From the NCBI GenBank assembly GCA_951406725.2, contig OX597823.1, forward strand, positions 46,686,001 through 46,750,000: a stretch of DNA of 64,000 nucleotides, read 5' to 3'. The notes beneath the pieces are model-generated. The model was not told the DNA's origin. It saw only the letters and a list, made by a program, of their open reading frames with translations, and did no database searches. The stretch's first letter is position 1, and each line of letters opens with the position of its first letter. Position numbers and translations under genes: made by a program. Source of the stretch: Octopus vulgaris. Lineage: Eukaryota. Below are positions 1 to 14,773 of this stretch, in pieces.

Positions 1-42
1 GTATGTATGTATGTATGTATGTATATATGTATGTATGTAATG

Positions 43-616
43 GGGAAGAGGTTTTGAAAATGCAGAGGTCTTTGTAGACAGTATTTGATAGGCGAAAGCG
101 TGTGTTGCTTAGTCAAAAGTTCATCAGAAATCATATTTAAATATTTATACAGAATTTTAATGGAATAACCAACTTTTTTTCTTCATCTCCAGTCGTCTAT
201 GTGTGTTTGGCAAGGATGGTTGCCAAATGCCATATACGCAACACACAAACGCATCTCTATACAAACACGCACAGTTGTACACGCCTACCAAATACCGTCT
301 ACAAATTCTTTCTGTATATATGTTTATATACAATCATGATTTTTAATGAACTTATAAATAATTATGAATTTATTTTACTACCCATTTTGAACACTTTTAT
401 GTAAACTGTTTAAACACAAAGCCCCTCTTAACATTTTCTTATCACTGTCAAAGACTCTATCAGTGTATTTTAATACATCTATATTAACTATTTTTTCAAC
501 AAGACAAAAGCTACACAAAGTCTTACATTTTACTTTAGAAATAAAAAAAAAAAGTGAAACCGTTCAAGTCAATAAACATCTTTAAAAAAACCTCTGCATT
601 TTCATATGCTCTTCCC
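43..616. mobile_element. MITE-like element with 27-bp imperfect terminal inverted repeats
   Basis: 43-69 GGGAAGAGGTTTTGAAAATGCAGAGGT matches the reverse complement of 590-616 (GGGAAGAGCATATGAAAATGCAGAGGT) at 24/27 positions; no internal ORF; TSD unclear. Confidence 0.65.
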
Positions 617-830
617 TATATATTTTCACTGGTGCAGTACCTTCCAGTTTTATTTATATATATATAAGTATGGTCAGCTGAAATTGTGAAGATAATCTGG
701 TACTTGACTGAGGAAAGAAAACTTCGAAAGACCTGTCCTTGTTTTCTTTGTATCGTCTATCTAGATGTTTTGTTGTCCCACTTTTGCATCACCTAGCTGT
801 CCGGATGTTTTGCGTTCTTGTCCCATTTTG

Positions 831-881
<51 letters not shown>

Positions 882-1619
882 CACCCACACACATAAATAT
901 TTATATGTGTGTGGAGGGGTAGTATTTAAAGCCGTTCATCAATTTGTAAAAGAAATATTATTTACTGTTGATGAGATCAGTTTATGAAGTAGGGTCAAGT
1001 GTACGTAAAATTTTGGGTTGAATGGGACTTCAAGTTTCACCTTATTGACTATTCAACAGAAAATGTTTAACACATACATACACATACATGCACACACTCA
1101 CACACACACGCACACACACACACACACACACACAAATCAAATGATTGAGAGGGCAAAACTGGGCACAATAGTTATTGAATTCAAATAGTACACAATTGTT
1201 TCGTCGTTCGTAGACATGATAATTCTACAACACACTAAAGTTACAAAGGACCACGTAAGTTCACAAAATTTAGTGCATAACTAAATCGTTGGCAATATCC
1301 ATTCCTCTTGCGATAGAGAAAATTTGTTTCTGCTATAAGGATTCGATTTCCGAACGCCACTTCAAGTACTCCCAAAGGATCTTGAATAAGGCTTGAGCGA
1401 CACCACTTGGCATTCTCACTATTTTATTCCTGCAGCTTCTTTTGCTTGCGGGAGTTAAACAAATCAATATGATATATAGTAACGAAATTTCATTGGTCAA
1501 TATGTATTTTATAGACACTGAGAGAGATGACGGTAATACATAGATGCGTATACGCACACGTACATACCTATCGATCTTTCAGTCCGTATATACTTTCATA
1601 GAAACTTATATTAACTATA

Positions 1620-3175
<1,556 letters not shown>

Positions 3176-3239
3176 ATACAAGTGTGACCCTAGGCCCTCA
3201 AGCTCACTGGGTTGCTTATCTTGTTGGATAAGATTTTTT

Positions 3240-3560
3240 TCTGTTAATAACGTGAGTTATCGTTCTTAGCAAAATATCATCGCATCCAAGCGGTGCTTCT
3301 CTAAACCTCAATATTCTATATTCACAACACAACAAAGCTCAAAGCTTACTATGTAGGCTTCCACTTTCTGGCGTTGTACTTCTCCTTTATCTTTTGTCGT
3401 TACACGATTAAAAACTGTCTTGTTGGGATGGTTGAGGTGGTAAAGAAACGAAACCAATGCAGTGTGACAGCCAGTTGATACGTGTAAGCCAGTTGCACAT
3501 TACGGAATTATCTGAATATATTAGTGTTTCCTGATTTATATGCTAAAATGTATTCATATG
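3240..3560 (-). pseudogene. Decayed coding fragment, possibly a Merlin/ISXO2-like DDE transposase or part of the fossil backbone
   Basis: Minus strand reads HINQETLIYSD...INWLSHCIGFV...QQDSF*, loosely like HIxxGTxIxSD / VNHSxxFV / TQxIESxW. Confidence 0.3.
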
Positions 3561-3587
3561 GATAGTATATTCATGGAAATTGTATAA

Positions 3588-3724
3588 GGCGTAGGAGTGG
3601 CTGTGTGGTAAGTAGCTTGCTTACCAACCACATGGTTCCGGCAAGTGTCTTCTACTATAGCCTCGGACCGACCAAAGCCTTGTGAGCGGATTTGGTAGAC
3701 GGAAACTGAAAGAAGCCCGTCGTA

Positions 3725-3766
<42 letters not shown>

Positions 3767-4010
3767 TGTGTGTGTGTGCTTGTGTGTTTGTTTGTGTGTG
3801 CTTGTTTGTCCTCCCAACATCGCTTGACAACCGATGCTGGTGTGTTTACGACTCCGTCACTTAGCGGTTCGGCAAAAGAGACCAATAGAATAAGTACTGG
3901 GCTTACAAAGAATAAGTCCCGGGGTCGATTTGGTCGACTAAAGGCGGTGCTCCAGCATGGCCAACAGTCAAATGACTGAAACAAGTAACAGAGAAAAGAG
4001 TAAAGAGTAA
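3588..4010 (+). mobile_element. tRNA-derived SINE, family A (most abundant family in the window)
   Basis: Head GGCGTAGGAGTGGCTGTGTGGTAAG, central GCCTTGTGAGYGGATTTGGTAGACGGAAACTG block, internal (TA)n/(TG)n, tail GGCGGTGCTCCAGCATGGCC-CAGTCAAATGACTG-AAAC; this copy has a deletion in the B-box region. Confidence 0.9.
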
Positions 4011-4361
4011 ATAAATAAATGAATAAATAAATAAATAAATAAGCAGTGATTTAGCAATCCTTGAATTTAGGACACCACTTTCACTCAAAATCATTTTGTT
4101 TCGCGCACGTCGAAGAAATTATTGAATTCGCTAATATCTCCGAGCGGCTCACGGTCAAGTGTTTTGGTCATAAATGATTAAAACAAATAGTAGAGAAATG
4201 GCAAAAAAAGCTTCGATCAGACCAGGAAATTATGGCGAGTGGCTTTAGTAAGACATAGAAGTCATTCTACTTCGTTTCCTGGTAAGTAGCCGTATCATAA
4301 ACAACGATCGGTACATCTCAAATGATCTATGTCAGTTGTCTGTCGGTCTGTCTAGTATATT

Positions 4362-4755
4362 CGTTTCTACTCAAAGCACAAGGCCTCAAAATTTTGTGGG
4401 AGGGGGCCAGTCGATTAGATCGAGTCCAGTACGTAACTGGTACATAATTTATCGACCTCGAAAGGATGAAAGGCAAAGTCGCCCTCGACAGACTTTGAAC
4501 TCGGACCGCAAAGACACACGAAATAATCTATTTCTTTACTACCCACAAGGGGCTAAACACAGAGGAGACAAACAAGGACAGAGAAAACGGATTAAGTCGA
4601 TTATATCGACCCCAGCGCGTAACTGGTACTTATTTAATCAACCCCGAAAAGATGAAAGGCAAAATGGATCTCGGCAGAATTTGATCTCAGAACGTAACGG
4701 CAGACGAAATACCGCTAAGCATTTCGCCCGGCGTGCTAACGTTTCTGCCAGCTCG
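4362..4755 (-). mobile_element. SINE family B (Nin-domain-like), tandem dimer with 18-bp TSD
   Basis: Head GCGAGCTGGCAGAAACGTTAGC on the minus strand, GCCTTTCATCCTTTCG core twice; CGGTCTGTCTAGTATATT at 4344-4361 and 4756-4773. Confidence 0.85.
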
Positions 4756-4881
4756 CGGTCTGTCTAGTATATTGAGATACAAATGTGGCTGTGTGATAAG
4801 AAGTTTAATTCCGATTATAACCCAAGGCCGATCAAAGAGTGATGAATGGATTCGGTAGACGGAAACTGAAAGAAGCCCGTC

Positions 4882-4922
<41 letters not shown>

Positions 4923-4989
4923 GAAAGTGAGAGAGGGAGAGACAGAGAAATAAGTAGATAGATAGACAGAGATAGAGAGACAGACAGAC

Positions 4990-5029
<40 letters not shown>

Positions 5030-5753
5030 TATATATTTGTTCTTTGTAGGTAGAAAGTTATTTTTTCAAATCATTCCAGAAATATAAATAATTTTAAAAA
5101 TAATAAATATTTGCATTTTCTAATGTGTTCCACTAAAACGCATACACAGAATAGGTGAAACTTCAAAAAACTGAAACCGAATATTTCCATAAGGATTGTA
5201 GTCTAATATCTAAATATCTGAAAACTGTTCCTCAGCCTACCGGAAATAAAACGAAAAGAATAACGTTTTCCGCTTCCATTTTTAATCTATATACTGTTCT
5301 CTGAAAATATCTGAAATACATTTTTACTTTGTTTTATCAATTCATTTCTGTTTTTCTTCTCTGCTCCAACTTCATAAATTGCATACATTGAATGTAATAC
5401 AATCCTCTGCACCGACGAGACAAATTACATCGAAACTAACGTCCGTCTGCCTTTATATAATGATATTGTTAATAAATACAATCAATGAAGATAGTCTGAA
5501 AAAAAAAAAAATTTTTATTCACTTTCTTATTCTACTCCAAGTAAATGAACGAACCCAAAATACTCAACGCGCGCACATGCACATACACAACACACTCACA
5601 TGCGAATGTAGACACAAATATATTTATCCATGCATTTAGGTATCCGTATGAAAGCTGATTTATACATATGTACATGCATTTAAATAATGCATGAGTTTGT
5701 CTTTGCATACATATTAAGATATACATAAATACATTTGTATGTTACTCTTTCCA

Positions 5754-5802
<49 letters not shown>

Positions 5803-5974
5803 GCGTGTGTGTATATGCATACATGTATATATATGCGTATAAGTATACGTATATATATATATATATATATATATGTGCATGTATGTCTATATTTATATAC
5901 ACACAAATACATATCTATACTCTGTGTGTGTTATATGCATAACTGTATATAGGTGCATATATTCCTCTTCTATT

Positions 5975-6300
5975 CCTTTATTTGTGTCAGTTATTTGACT
6001 GCAGCCATGCTGGAGCACCACCTTTAGTCGAACAAATCGACCCCAGGAAATATTCTTTGTAAGGCTATGTTATATCGCACGTTCCAATGACGTCTACTCA
6101 ACTCCTCGACGTCTAGACTTCTCCCTCTATATCTACGTATTGGGCTAGCCTACTTCATCGTCTGGGGGCGTCAACACAACAGCCTCGTACTTATTCTGTC
6201 GATATATTTTGCCGAAACGCTAAGTTACGGGGACCTAAACACACCAGCATCGGTTCTCAAACGATGGTGGGGGACAAACACAGACACATAAACATATGAA
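5975..6300 (-). mobile_element. SINE family A, 3' half, interrupted by about 120 bp of unrelated sequence
   Basis: Reverse complement of the family A tail; insert at about 6066-6182. Confidence 0.75.
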
Positions 6301-6338
6301 CACACACGGGTGGCGTTCAATTAAATAATAGTATAAAT

Positions 6339-6424
<86 letters not shown>

Positions 6425-6482
6425 TAAATAGATAGATAGATAGATAGATAGATAGACATAGATATAGTTATAGATATATATG

Positions 6483-6858
6483 AGTACAGGACGTCACAAA
6501 CAGTAAACAACATGAAATACGAATACAAATGAGTTTAATATGCAAACAACGAGAGAAGCACATGGAAAACAGGAGAAGTAACATAAAGAACGACCCTTCA
6601 TCAGATGTCCACTCTCCATTTAACTTTGACCCTCCATAAATCCCAAATTTTATTTTGGCTTTTGTAGGAGCAACGGCCTTCGAATACTCATATTGTCGTT
6701 GAATGCTCGAAATGAGGAGTAGATAGACAGTCAACAACTGATGAAAGGGTGTTCTTTGTGTAACTTGTCCTGTTTTCCATTTGTTTCTCTCGTTGTTTGT
6801 GTATTGAACTCATTTGTTTTCGTGTTTCAACTAGTTTACCGTTTGTGACGTCCTGTAC
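6483..6858. mobile_element. Foldback of PLE-like terminal repeat family C (about 125-bp inverted arms)
   Basis: 6483-6608 is an imperfect reverse complement of 6735-6858; CTGATGAA(A)GGG motif in both arms. Confidence 0.65.
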
Positions 6859-6866
6859 CGATATAT

Positions 6867-7029
<163 letters not shown>

Positions 7030-7035
7030 TAGTTA

Positions 7036-7234
7036 ATCTAAACAGGAAAACACAAAGAGAGAATACAACAACGCGAGGATGTTGGACAAATATAGTATTA
7101 TTGGACGCGCAGGAAGGAAGGGAAGAAGGAGTGTTTAACGTTTCGAGCGGAGCTCTTCGTCAGAAACATAGGAAAAGGAAAGATCCAGAGAAGGGAAGAC
7201 GGAGGAAAAAATATCACCAACGATACACACGCGG

Positions 7235-7237
<3 letters not shown>
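7036..7237 (-). mobile_element. About 200-bp PLE-terminus-like element carrying a hammerhead (family HA)
   Basis: Close copies at 31955-32160 (-) and 35820-36015 (+); each abuts a (TA)n run. Confidence 0.75.
7132..7168 (-). ncRNA. Minimal type I hammerhead ribozyme motif
   Basis: UGUUU-CUGACGA-A-GAGC-UCC-GCUC-GAAA-CG-U-U-AAACA: 5-bp helix I, 4-bp helix II, palindromic AACGUU in place of helix III. Confidence 0.7.
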
Positions 7238-7317
<80 letters not shown>

Positions 7318-8399
7318 CATATACATACACACTCACATACACATACATATACACGCGTGTGTTTGTATACGTACATGACTGTGCATTTAAGTTTGAGCTT
7401 GTGTGTATGACGTGTGGGGCCTTTATGAAATATATGTATTTGCATCTGGGGTAGCGAGCGAAAAAGAGAGAGACAGCATAAAGTGAGGCAGAAAGAAAAA
7501 GCGAGAGAGAGAGAGAGAGAGGGGGGAGAGAGAGAAAGTGAGATTGAATTTATGACAAATGTAATAAATACTTATTTTCAACATTTGCTAAATATTCGTT
7601 GAGACGAGCTGTAAGTGACATGTAATGAGATAAATACGCGAGAGTGGGTGGAATGTTGTTACAGTGGCAACGATTTGGATAGTAAAGAGTAATAGTTATA
7701 GCGTAAGAGTGTAAAAGGAGATGACAGTTTAAGGGAGATAAAAACAGGTTTAAGTATTCAGTAACGAATTATGGGAGGGAGAAAAGTCAAAACATTAAGC
7801 ATATATTGTTAGTGACAGAACATAAGTACGGAACGCAGTGAGCGAGCAAACGAGAACACGAGGGAGAGAGAGGTGGGGGAAAGACCGGGTAAGGAAATGA
7901 AGGGGATAAAACTGGTAAGATGCTTGATAAAATGAAAGGTTGTAGCTGTTTTTGTTTAACCCACGGTTGACCTGAGCTATGATTGTAGCCTTTTTCAATC
8001 TGAGCATGCCATATTTTCCTAAATGCAGTTGGGATCGTCCAATTCAATGTCTTTCATCCTTTAAAAGAAAAAAAAAAACACATGATGTTAGTTTAAAGAG
8101 AACTGGCTGCTATTTCTTGCAGGTCAAAGGCTCTTTTGTTGACTTCATGGTCTTGAAGTTTAGCACGAAATCACTCAGATTCAGCCGATATTTCAATCGT
8201 GGCCATCTGTAGTTTTATGGCTCTCTGCGACTATATTATTTAACTTGCTATTTCTGTTTTCAAATATTCGGACCTAATTTGACGGTGATTTTTCAACTAT
8301 TCTCAGAAAGCTGAATGACTGCACAATGGAATCATCAACGGTCCAATAACATACTGTGGTCGAGTATTAACCTGTGGTTAATTCTCATATCAAATTTTG

Positions 8400-8555
8400 A
8401 TACAAAGCCAGCAATGTCAACGATGGAGAGGGAATAAGTTACATCGACCCCAGTGTTCATTTGCTACTTATTTTATCGATCACGAAAGGGTGAAAGGCAA
8501 GGTCAAACTCGGTGGATTTTAAACTCAGAACGTGATGTCGGAGAAAATGCTGTGA
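8400..8555 (-). mobile_element. Degenerate SINE family B
   Basis: ATCGACCCCAGTG...GAAAGGCAAGGTC...AACTCAGAACGT motifs. Confidence 0.65.
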
Positions 8556-8574
8556 GTGTAGTAAAGAATATTGC

Positions 8575-8890
8575 GTGTGTTGTGGCTTGGTTCACTGGTT
8601 AGAGTATCGGGTTCACAATCATGAGGTAGTGAATTCAATTCCCGGACCGAGCTGTGTGTTTTGTTCTTGCGCAAGACACGTTATTTTCACGTTACTCCAG
8701 TTCATTCAGCTGTAGAAATGAGTTGCGATGTCATCGGCCTTTGTCTTTCCCTTGGATAACATCGGTGGCATGGAGAGGCTAGTATGCTCTGGCAACTGTT
8801 AGTTTTCCATAAAACCAAACTTGTCTAGACTTGTGCCTAGGAGGGTAAATTTCTAGGTGTTACCCTATGGTTATTCATGATCGAAGGGTG
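8575..8890 (+). mobile_element. Degenerate tRNA-derived SINE, family C (CORE-like block)
   Basis: A/B-box-like head then TGTTCTTG.GCAAGACAC...CACGTTACTCCAGTTCATTCAGCTG. Confidence 0.6.
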
Positions 8891-9119
8891 CCTTTAGCTT
8901 TCTGTGGCGTATGCATTCAAGTCCTCCAGATCTAAATACATGCTCAAAGTGGCCTGCAAAACTTGTCAGAATTTCATTTCTAGTGTAGCTTCACATTGTT
9001 TATGCTGGCAGTTAGATTTTAAACTAATATGGGGAGCTAAGTCATGTATCCTTGAGATGTTCTGTGAGGCTGCCAGGCAGTCGGCAGCCGGTTTGCCCGA
9101 TGTAGTTAAAACTGTAGAG

Positions 9120-9810
9120 GGAAAATTAGAGTGCCTGTATTAGAGTTGTAGAGAAAGAAATTCCTAATGCAAATGGTGCAGTGGTTAGGTCCAGTAAAAG
9201 TAGTGGTGTTGGAAAAGGAACGACAACTTGGTAGGCGGAAAGAAGATCAAGGATAGGATGCGGAAGAGGGACGAGGTGTTTGGAAGGAGAGGCTTTGGGT
9301 GATGAATCTGTAAAGTTTGCGGGTATGCTTGAAAGAAGGAATGGGTGGAAGAGGGAAACAGGATGAGGCAGGGTCAGAGTGGAAGCGGTGGAAGTGGTGA
9401 AGAATGGTGTGTTGCAGAGGCAAGGTAACAGGGTGGTTGATAAGAAGAAAAGGAATGCAGTGGGTGGGATTCTGGATGCGACGTATTGGTCCTCTATGTA
9501 TGATCAATAGCACAGGAGCGGGAAAGAGCAGAATGGATAAGGGGGCGGGTAACCACATCGAACGAAGTGGTGGGTCAGATATTGGATCTGCATCTCGAAG
9601 TCGTGTTTACTGCTGCAGAAGCACTGGAGTCGAAGGAACTGGGAATAGGCAATGGAGTGCTTGTTCTGAATGGAGTGCGAGAAGTCATGTTAGGAGTGAG
9701 AGTTGGTAGGTTTGTAGAAGAGAGGGGTGGACAAGAAGAGCGTGGAATGGTCAACAGAGATGATGATGTCGTGGTAATAAAGAATATTATCGAAGATGGA
9801 GGACGTTAAC
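9120..9810 (-). mobile_element. Penelope-like retroelement relic (RT thumb and linker)
   Basis: Minus frames give YKPTNSHS..., SIAYSQFLRL..CS, FVRCGYP and IPFLLINHP; homologous to the 14.2-14.6 kb fragment. Confidence 0.8.
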
Positions 9811-9999
9811 TAGAGCGATATCAGAAGTTTCCACACTGTTATTGCTTCCAAATTTCACTCACAACATGTTGGGCAACCTGAAGCATTAATAGAAGACATG
9901 TGTCGAAATTTCTACAAGGCAGAATTGAACTTGGAGATCCGTAGCTCTGAAATAAACTGCTTGGCAATGCAATCATCTCAGGGAATTTTGTAATTCACT

Positions 10000-12150
10000 G
10001 TGCTGTATAGAACTGAAAATTCTATTATCATTTGCAGTATCATGAAACTATAATTTCAAGTTTTGGCCAGGTATTCTTTAGTGTCATTTTGGCTGAAATC
10101 TTAGCTATTTCAATAAATTATGTATATTCATATTTTAAAACGAAAAAATTCTAACAGAAAGGAATTAAAGTGACACAAATTTCAATTCTATATACAGAAA
10201 TTACGGAAGTTTTACTTTTATAATGGCAGAAATATTGTTGTTTAGCAGATGTTAATATGCGAAAATATATAATCCTCTAAAACAAGTAAAGTTTTAAAAC
10301 TAAACTCTACTAAACGATATATCAACATTTGCAGCTTGTAAGAAAAAATATTTTCGAAATACTTAGAAATAAATCTATAAACAACTAAATTAAATATGAT
10401 GCCCGATATTTAAGAGTTTTGAGTTATAGTGAAAATTGTGAACAGGTGTGAAACTTGAATAGATCCATTTTAAGTGACAAGAAAACTGTTAGAATACGCA
10501 TCAATCATATTTCGTTTCTTTTTCTTTAGTGTCGGTCAAAGTATATCTTTAAGGCTACAATGAATTACTTTAAGATGTTGATATCTAGAATTAAGCTGAA
10601 GATTACTAGGAATATATGTTACTCTATAAGTGTTTCGATAGATTTATATTTTAAGTCATTCTAAAGTAGAGGTATTGGAGTAATGAAAAATAAAGAAAAT
10701 GGGGTAAGTGATCTGGATGAATCAACTTGAACCTCTTATAAAGTATGACAGCTTCCAGAAATGCTTCTTCTAAATCATAAATATTGTTGTCACGTTGTTC
10801 ATGTAATTATTGCAATCATAAATTATCAAACAGCATATTTTCCGTTTGCAAAAGTAGTTCTTAATGAAACACGCAGGCAGAATAGTTGGGCATATATTAG
10901 AAGATATATGGTCGTATCGAGGCATAAGTTGTAGGTGAGAGTTAGAAACTATTAGTTATGAACCCCATAAATAAACCAGACAAAAGAATATATACCAATT
11001 TGCCTTCTTCATAAAAATGTAAGTTGTTAAGCATAAAGTGTGAATTAAACCGTGAACTTACTGGTTCAGCAATTACACGAACTATTCAAATCAAATTATT
11101 CAGTTTTATTGTTAGTGTCTCGATCAGAGTCGCAATATAGGAAACGAAAGGTTTGTACGATTCCTAAAAGTTCCTTTCGGTGATTTAGTTATTCATAAAT
11201 AGTATTTCAGTATCTTACAACGTCGGTTTAAGCCACTCTGCACTACCTTCTCTTTTATCAAAATATTTTTCTACGAGCTATAAAATCTTCATTTTTATAT
11301 TCGAAAGAAATGTAAATGTTATGAACTATTGTCTGTAATGTATAGCAATGTCTTTTCCGTTATGAATTAGAAAAGGTAGTTTAGTTATATTCCTAATGGC
11401 TAGTTATTTCAAATAATTATGTACAATATTATATCTTATATAAATATTCACTTCTGACTTATCTAAAATTGGAACTATTTTTGTTTCTTTAAATTTCTTT
11501 CCAACTTTGCCTCAATCCAACTTGAAACTTTCTATGTTATAAATAACATTTCTTATAAGACAAAATTAATTTTTATTTCTATTTATACTGCGGGTATTAT
11601 TTCTTCTTTCTCGATTTGTAGTAACTGATTCCAACCTTCCTTCAAGTCGACCTGTCTCAGATATTAATTCAGTTTCGAAATTCTTCTTACATGTGTTGAT
11701 ATTTTCCCTTAATGCATTAGAAGATTTTAATTTATTTTCGCCATCCAAGGATAATTAAAACAAAATTTCTCCGGCTGATTTATCATTTTAAGTTTCGTTT
11801 GCAATTTCGGTAAAGGAATACATATGATTTAAATTATATTGGCATCTCATAATTAATTAAACATTACTTTTAAAATCTCAATGATCTACTCTGTAGTTTT
11901 CAGTAAATGGAATCCATGAAGAAATTTGTTTCGAGTGCAAAACCTGTATAATTGAAAAGCACTTAAGTTTAATTTACCGAAACTAGGAAATGTAAGATCA
12001 TGGAGCTTGAGGTCAAAAATATTTATAATAGGTGAATAAAAATCGACACATAAACTAGTTAGAGCAAACAGAGCATTAGTGGTTCTCTTTTATTATACAT
12101 CTTGCTTTAAGATTGTCATAAAAATCGTATAATGACTTTAAAAAGCAATA
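10000..12150 (-). pseudogene. Decayed coding region of unknown identity (fossil backbone)
   Basis: Successive minus-strand peptide runs broken by stops and frameshifts, e.g. LDGENKLK...FETELISETGRLEGRLES, EKYFDKREGSAEWLKP, EQRDNNIYDLEEAFLEAVILYKRFKLIHPDHLPHF. Confidence 0.5.
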
Positions 12151-12629
12151 AATTGGGCAGACGAGACATATGGCTAAATCCCCACTCTAACCTTTCCCAC
12201 TCTGGCTACTTTTCTTCCCTTACAAATCTCATACAATACACCTCCCTCGTCCTTTCTAGCCCTTTCACTTGACGATTATTCTACTCTTCTCTCTCTCTCT
12301 CTCTCTTTCTCTTTTCCTATATCCCCCTCTTCATCCGCGCAACCTCCCTCTCTTTCTCCCTATCCGCGTCCTCCCGCTCTCAAACACACACACACACACA
12401 CGCACATAGAGGATTGTTCACTCTTTCACTTTTCCCCCCTCTTTCTCCCTTCTTCTGCTAGATTTCAATTAACATTTGTACTTTTTCCTTCCACCAAGTC
12501 AGTTTCTTAAGAACATAAATAGACCACTGCCTCATCTTCAGCATAATAGATTCTCTGATACAAATTCTATATCACATATACTAATATTTGTGCATGCATA
12601 CGTCGGTCTATCTATTTGTCTGTTTGTCA

Positions 12630-12670
<41 letters not shown>

Positions 12671-12921
12671 TAAATAAAACATATGCATATATATAAACAT
12701 ATATGTACGTACCTACCTCTACATGTATATATACACGCATATATGAGTACAGGACACCAAAAAAAAAAACGTCGAACACAATGAGAAACGAAAACATAGA
12801 CACAAACCCAAGGAACTGGACATTTTTTTAACCAACAAAAAAATAGCGTACAGGACAATTAACACAAAGAAAAAACCCCTTCTTCAGTCGCCATGGTTTC
12901 ATCTACTGTACGTTTTGAAGG

Positions 12922-12960
<39 letters not shown>

Positions 12961-13056
12961 GGGAAGCTTTATGAAAATAGACAAAAGACGAAGGCAGGTG
13001 GGAAACAAACAAACAATTGTATTAGTATGGCGCTCAGGAAATATAAATAAAACAAG

Positions 13057-13094
13057 TCTTTAACGTTTCGAGCCTACGCTCTTCAACAGAAAGA
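13057..13094 (-). ncRNA. Hammerhead-like motif with variant CUGUUGA core (family HB)
   Basis: UCUUU-CUGUUGA-A-GAGC-GUAG-GCUC-GAAA-CG-U-U-AAAGA. Confidence 0.6.
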
Positions 13095-13271
13095 TACACA
13101 GAGAGAAAAAAAACACAGAAAGAAGGAGAGAAAAAAATGCGTGCAGTAACTAACGAATCAACATGGCGATCTGATTTCGGCCAGAGGTCAAAGATCAGAC
13201 ATGAGACGCGAGAGCGAAATAAGGGGATATAATAGGGTTGATAATAGGGTTGAATGGCCAGCTCCAACATG

Positions 13272-13640
13272 AGGGTGTGTGTGTGTGTATGAGAGAGTAT
13301 TAGTGCGTATGAGAGGTCTGGACGTGTGTATGTATAGGGTTGGTTTATGTATTAGTATGTATTAGCATGTATAAGGGTGTGTGTGTGTGTGTGTGTATGA
13401 GAGAGTATTAGTGCGTATGAGAGGTTTGGACGTGTGTATGTATAGGGTTGGTGTATGTATTAGTATGTATTAGTATGTATTAGTACGTATTAGTATGTAT
13501 AAGTGTGTGTGTGTATGAGAGAGTATAAGTGCGTATGAGAGGTCTGGAAGTGTGTATGTATAGGGTTGGTGTATGTATTAGTATGTATTAGTATGTATTA
13601 GTACGTATTAGTATGTATTAGTTGGTGTATGTATTAGTAT
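13272..13640. repeat. About three tandem units of 110-125 bp with an internal TATTAGTATG sub-repeat
   Basis: GTATGAGAGAGTAT.AGTGCGTATGAGAGGT.TGGA at about 13287, 13395 and 13513; lies in the PLE 3' UTR. Confidence 0.85.
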
Positions 13641-14684
13641 GGCACATCATATATGATGTGATGTGTAAAGTCGTGTGGTGGAGGGAGGAGAAGAGGGGGG
13701 CGGGGAGAAGAGGGGGAGGAGAGGAGGGGAGAGGGGGAGATAGAGGAGGGGGGGAGAATGAAGGGGAGGAGGAGGGGAGGATGAATGAGGAAAGAGGGAG
13801 AGGGGGAGAGAGAAGGGGAGTGAGGGAGCAGAGGGAAGGGGAAGAGGGAAGGAGGGAGGGAGAAAGAGGGAAGAAGGGAAGGGGAGTAGGGGTGAAAGGA
13901 TGAAGGACTGAAGAAGTAGGGGTCGGGGGGGGAAGGTAGGTGAGGAGGGGGGACAGGGGGTTAGATGAGGAGGGGAGAGAGTTGAGACCAAATGGCGTAT
14001 AAGAGCGAAGAGAGAAGATTAATTCCTGTTCACGGCGCAAACGGGAATCCGGATGGCCTCTGTGTAAGGACAAACCGAACACAGATAGGTGTTGCAAGGA
14101 GTGACCGGAGGAGCGGAAATGGCGTGAGACCGGTGTGTCGTTCGCAAGGTGGATGTCACGAAGGTGTTCCGCGAACTGGTCAGCCTAGCGGTGTCCCGTT
14201 TGTCCGATGTACAAGGAATGGCAGAGAGAGCAAGAGACGCAATAGATAATATTGCTGGAGGTGCAGGTGAAGGAGTGGATGATGGGATAGGGTCGATGGT
14301 GGGTGCTAGTGAGGAGAGTGGTGTTGGAGAGGTAAGGGCAAGTGCGGCAACGTGGGCGGGAGCAGGGGAACGAGCCGGGTTGGGAGGTAGGGTCAGGGAA
14401 GGAGCTATGGACCAAAAGGTCTCGAAGGTTGTGGGCTCGTTTGAAAGAGGGGAGGGGTCGGTTAGGGAAGAGGTGTGAAGTGGACGGGTCGGGCTGAAGA
14501 TGACGGAAAGCTCGAAGAATGGTGCGTTGGAGACGTAGGGTCGTGGGGTGGTAAGTGAGGGGAAAAGGGAGGCGGGAGACTACAGGGCGGGTTCGGGGAG
14601 AGAGAGCAGATACACGGTCCACGGACCGTGCTCTGGCAAGGGCGGTGTGGATGTATATATATATGTATAGTATATATATATATG

Positions 14685-14773
<89 letters not shown>

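Larger units (their letters stand above)
12960..14652 (-). mobile_element. Penelope-like element 3' part: linker, Cys-rich motif, GIY-YIG endonuclease, 3' UTR and hammerhead-bearing terminus
   Basis: PCSRPRCRTC...FTCTSSNIIYCVSCSLCHSLYIGQTGHR* continuing EHLRDI...PVSRHF...RREQELIFSLRSYTPFGLN; one in-frame stop at 14185. Confidence 0.92.

Noticed and set aside
705-740. CTGAGGA...CGAAA...GTC hammerhead-like string
   Set aside because: No helix I pairing; at best a decayed PLE terminus
7790-8230. Possible further PLE GIY-YIG relic (RLKKATII...GLN)
   Set aside because: Too decayed to support beyond one short motif
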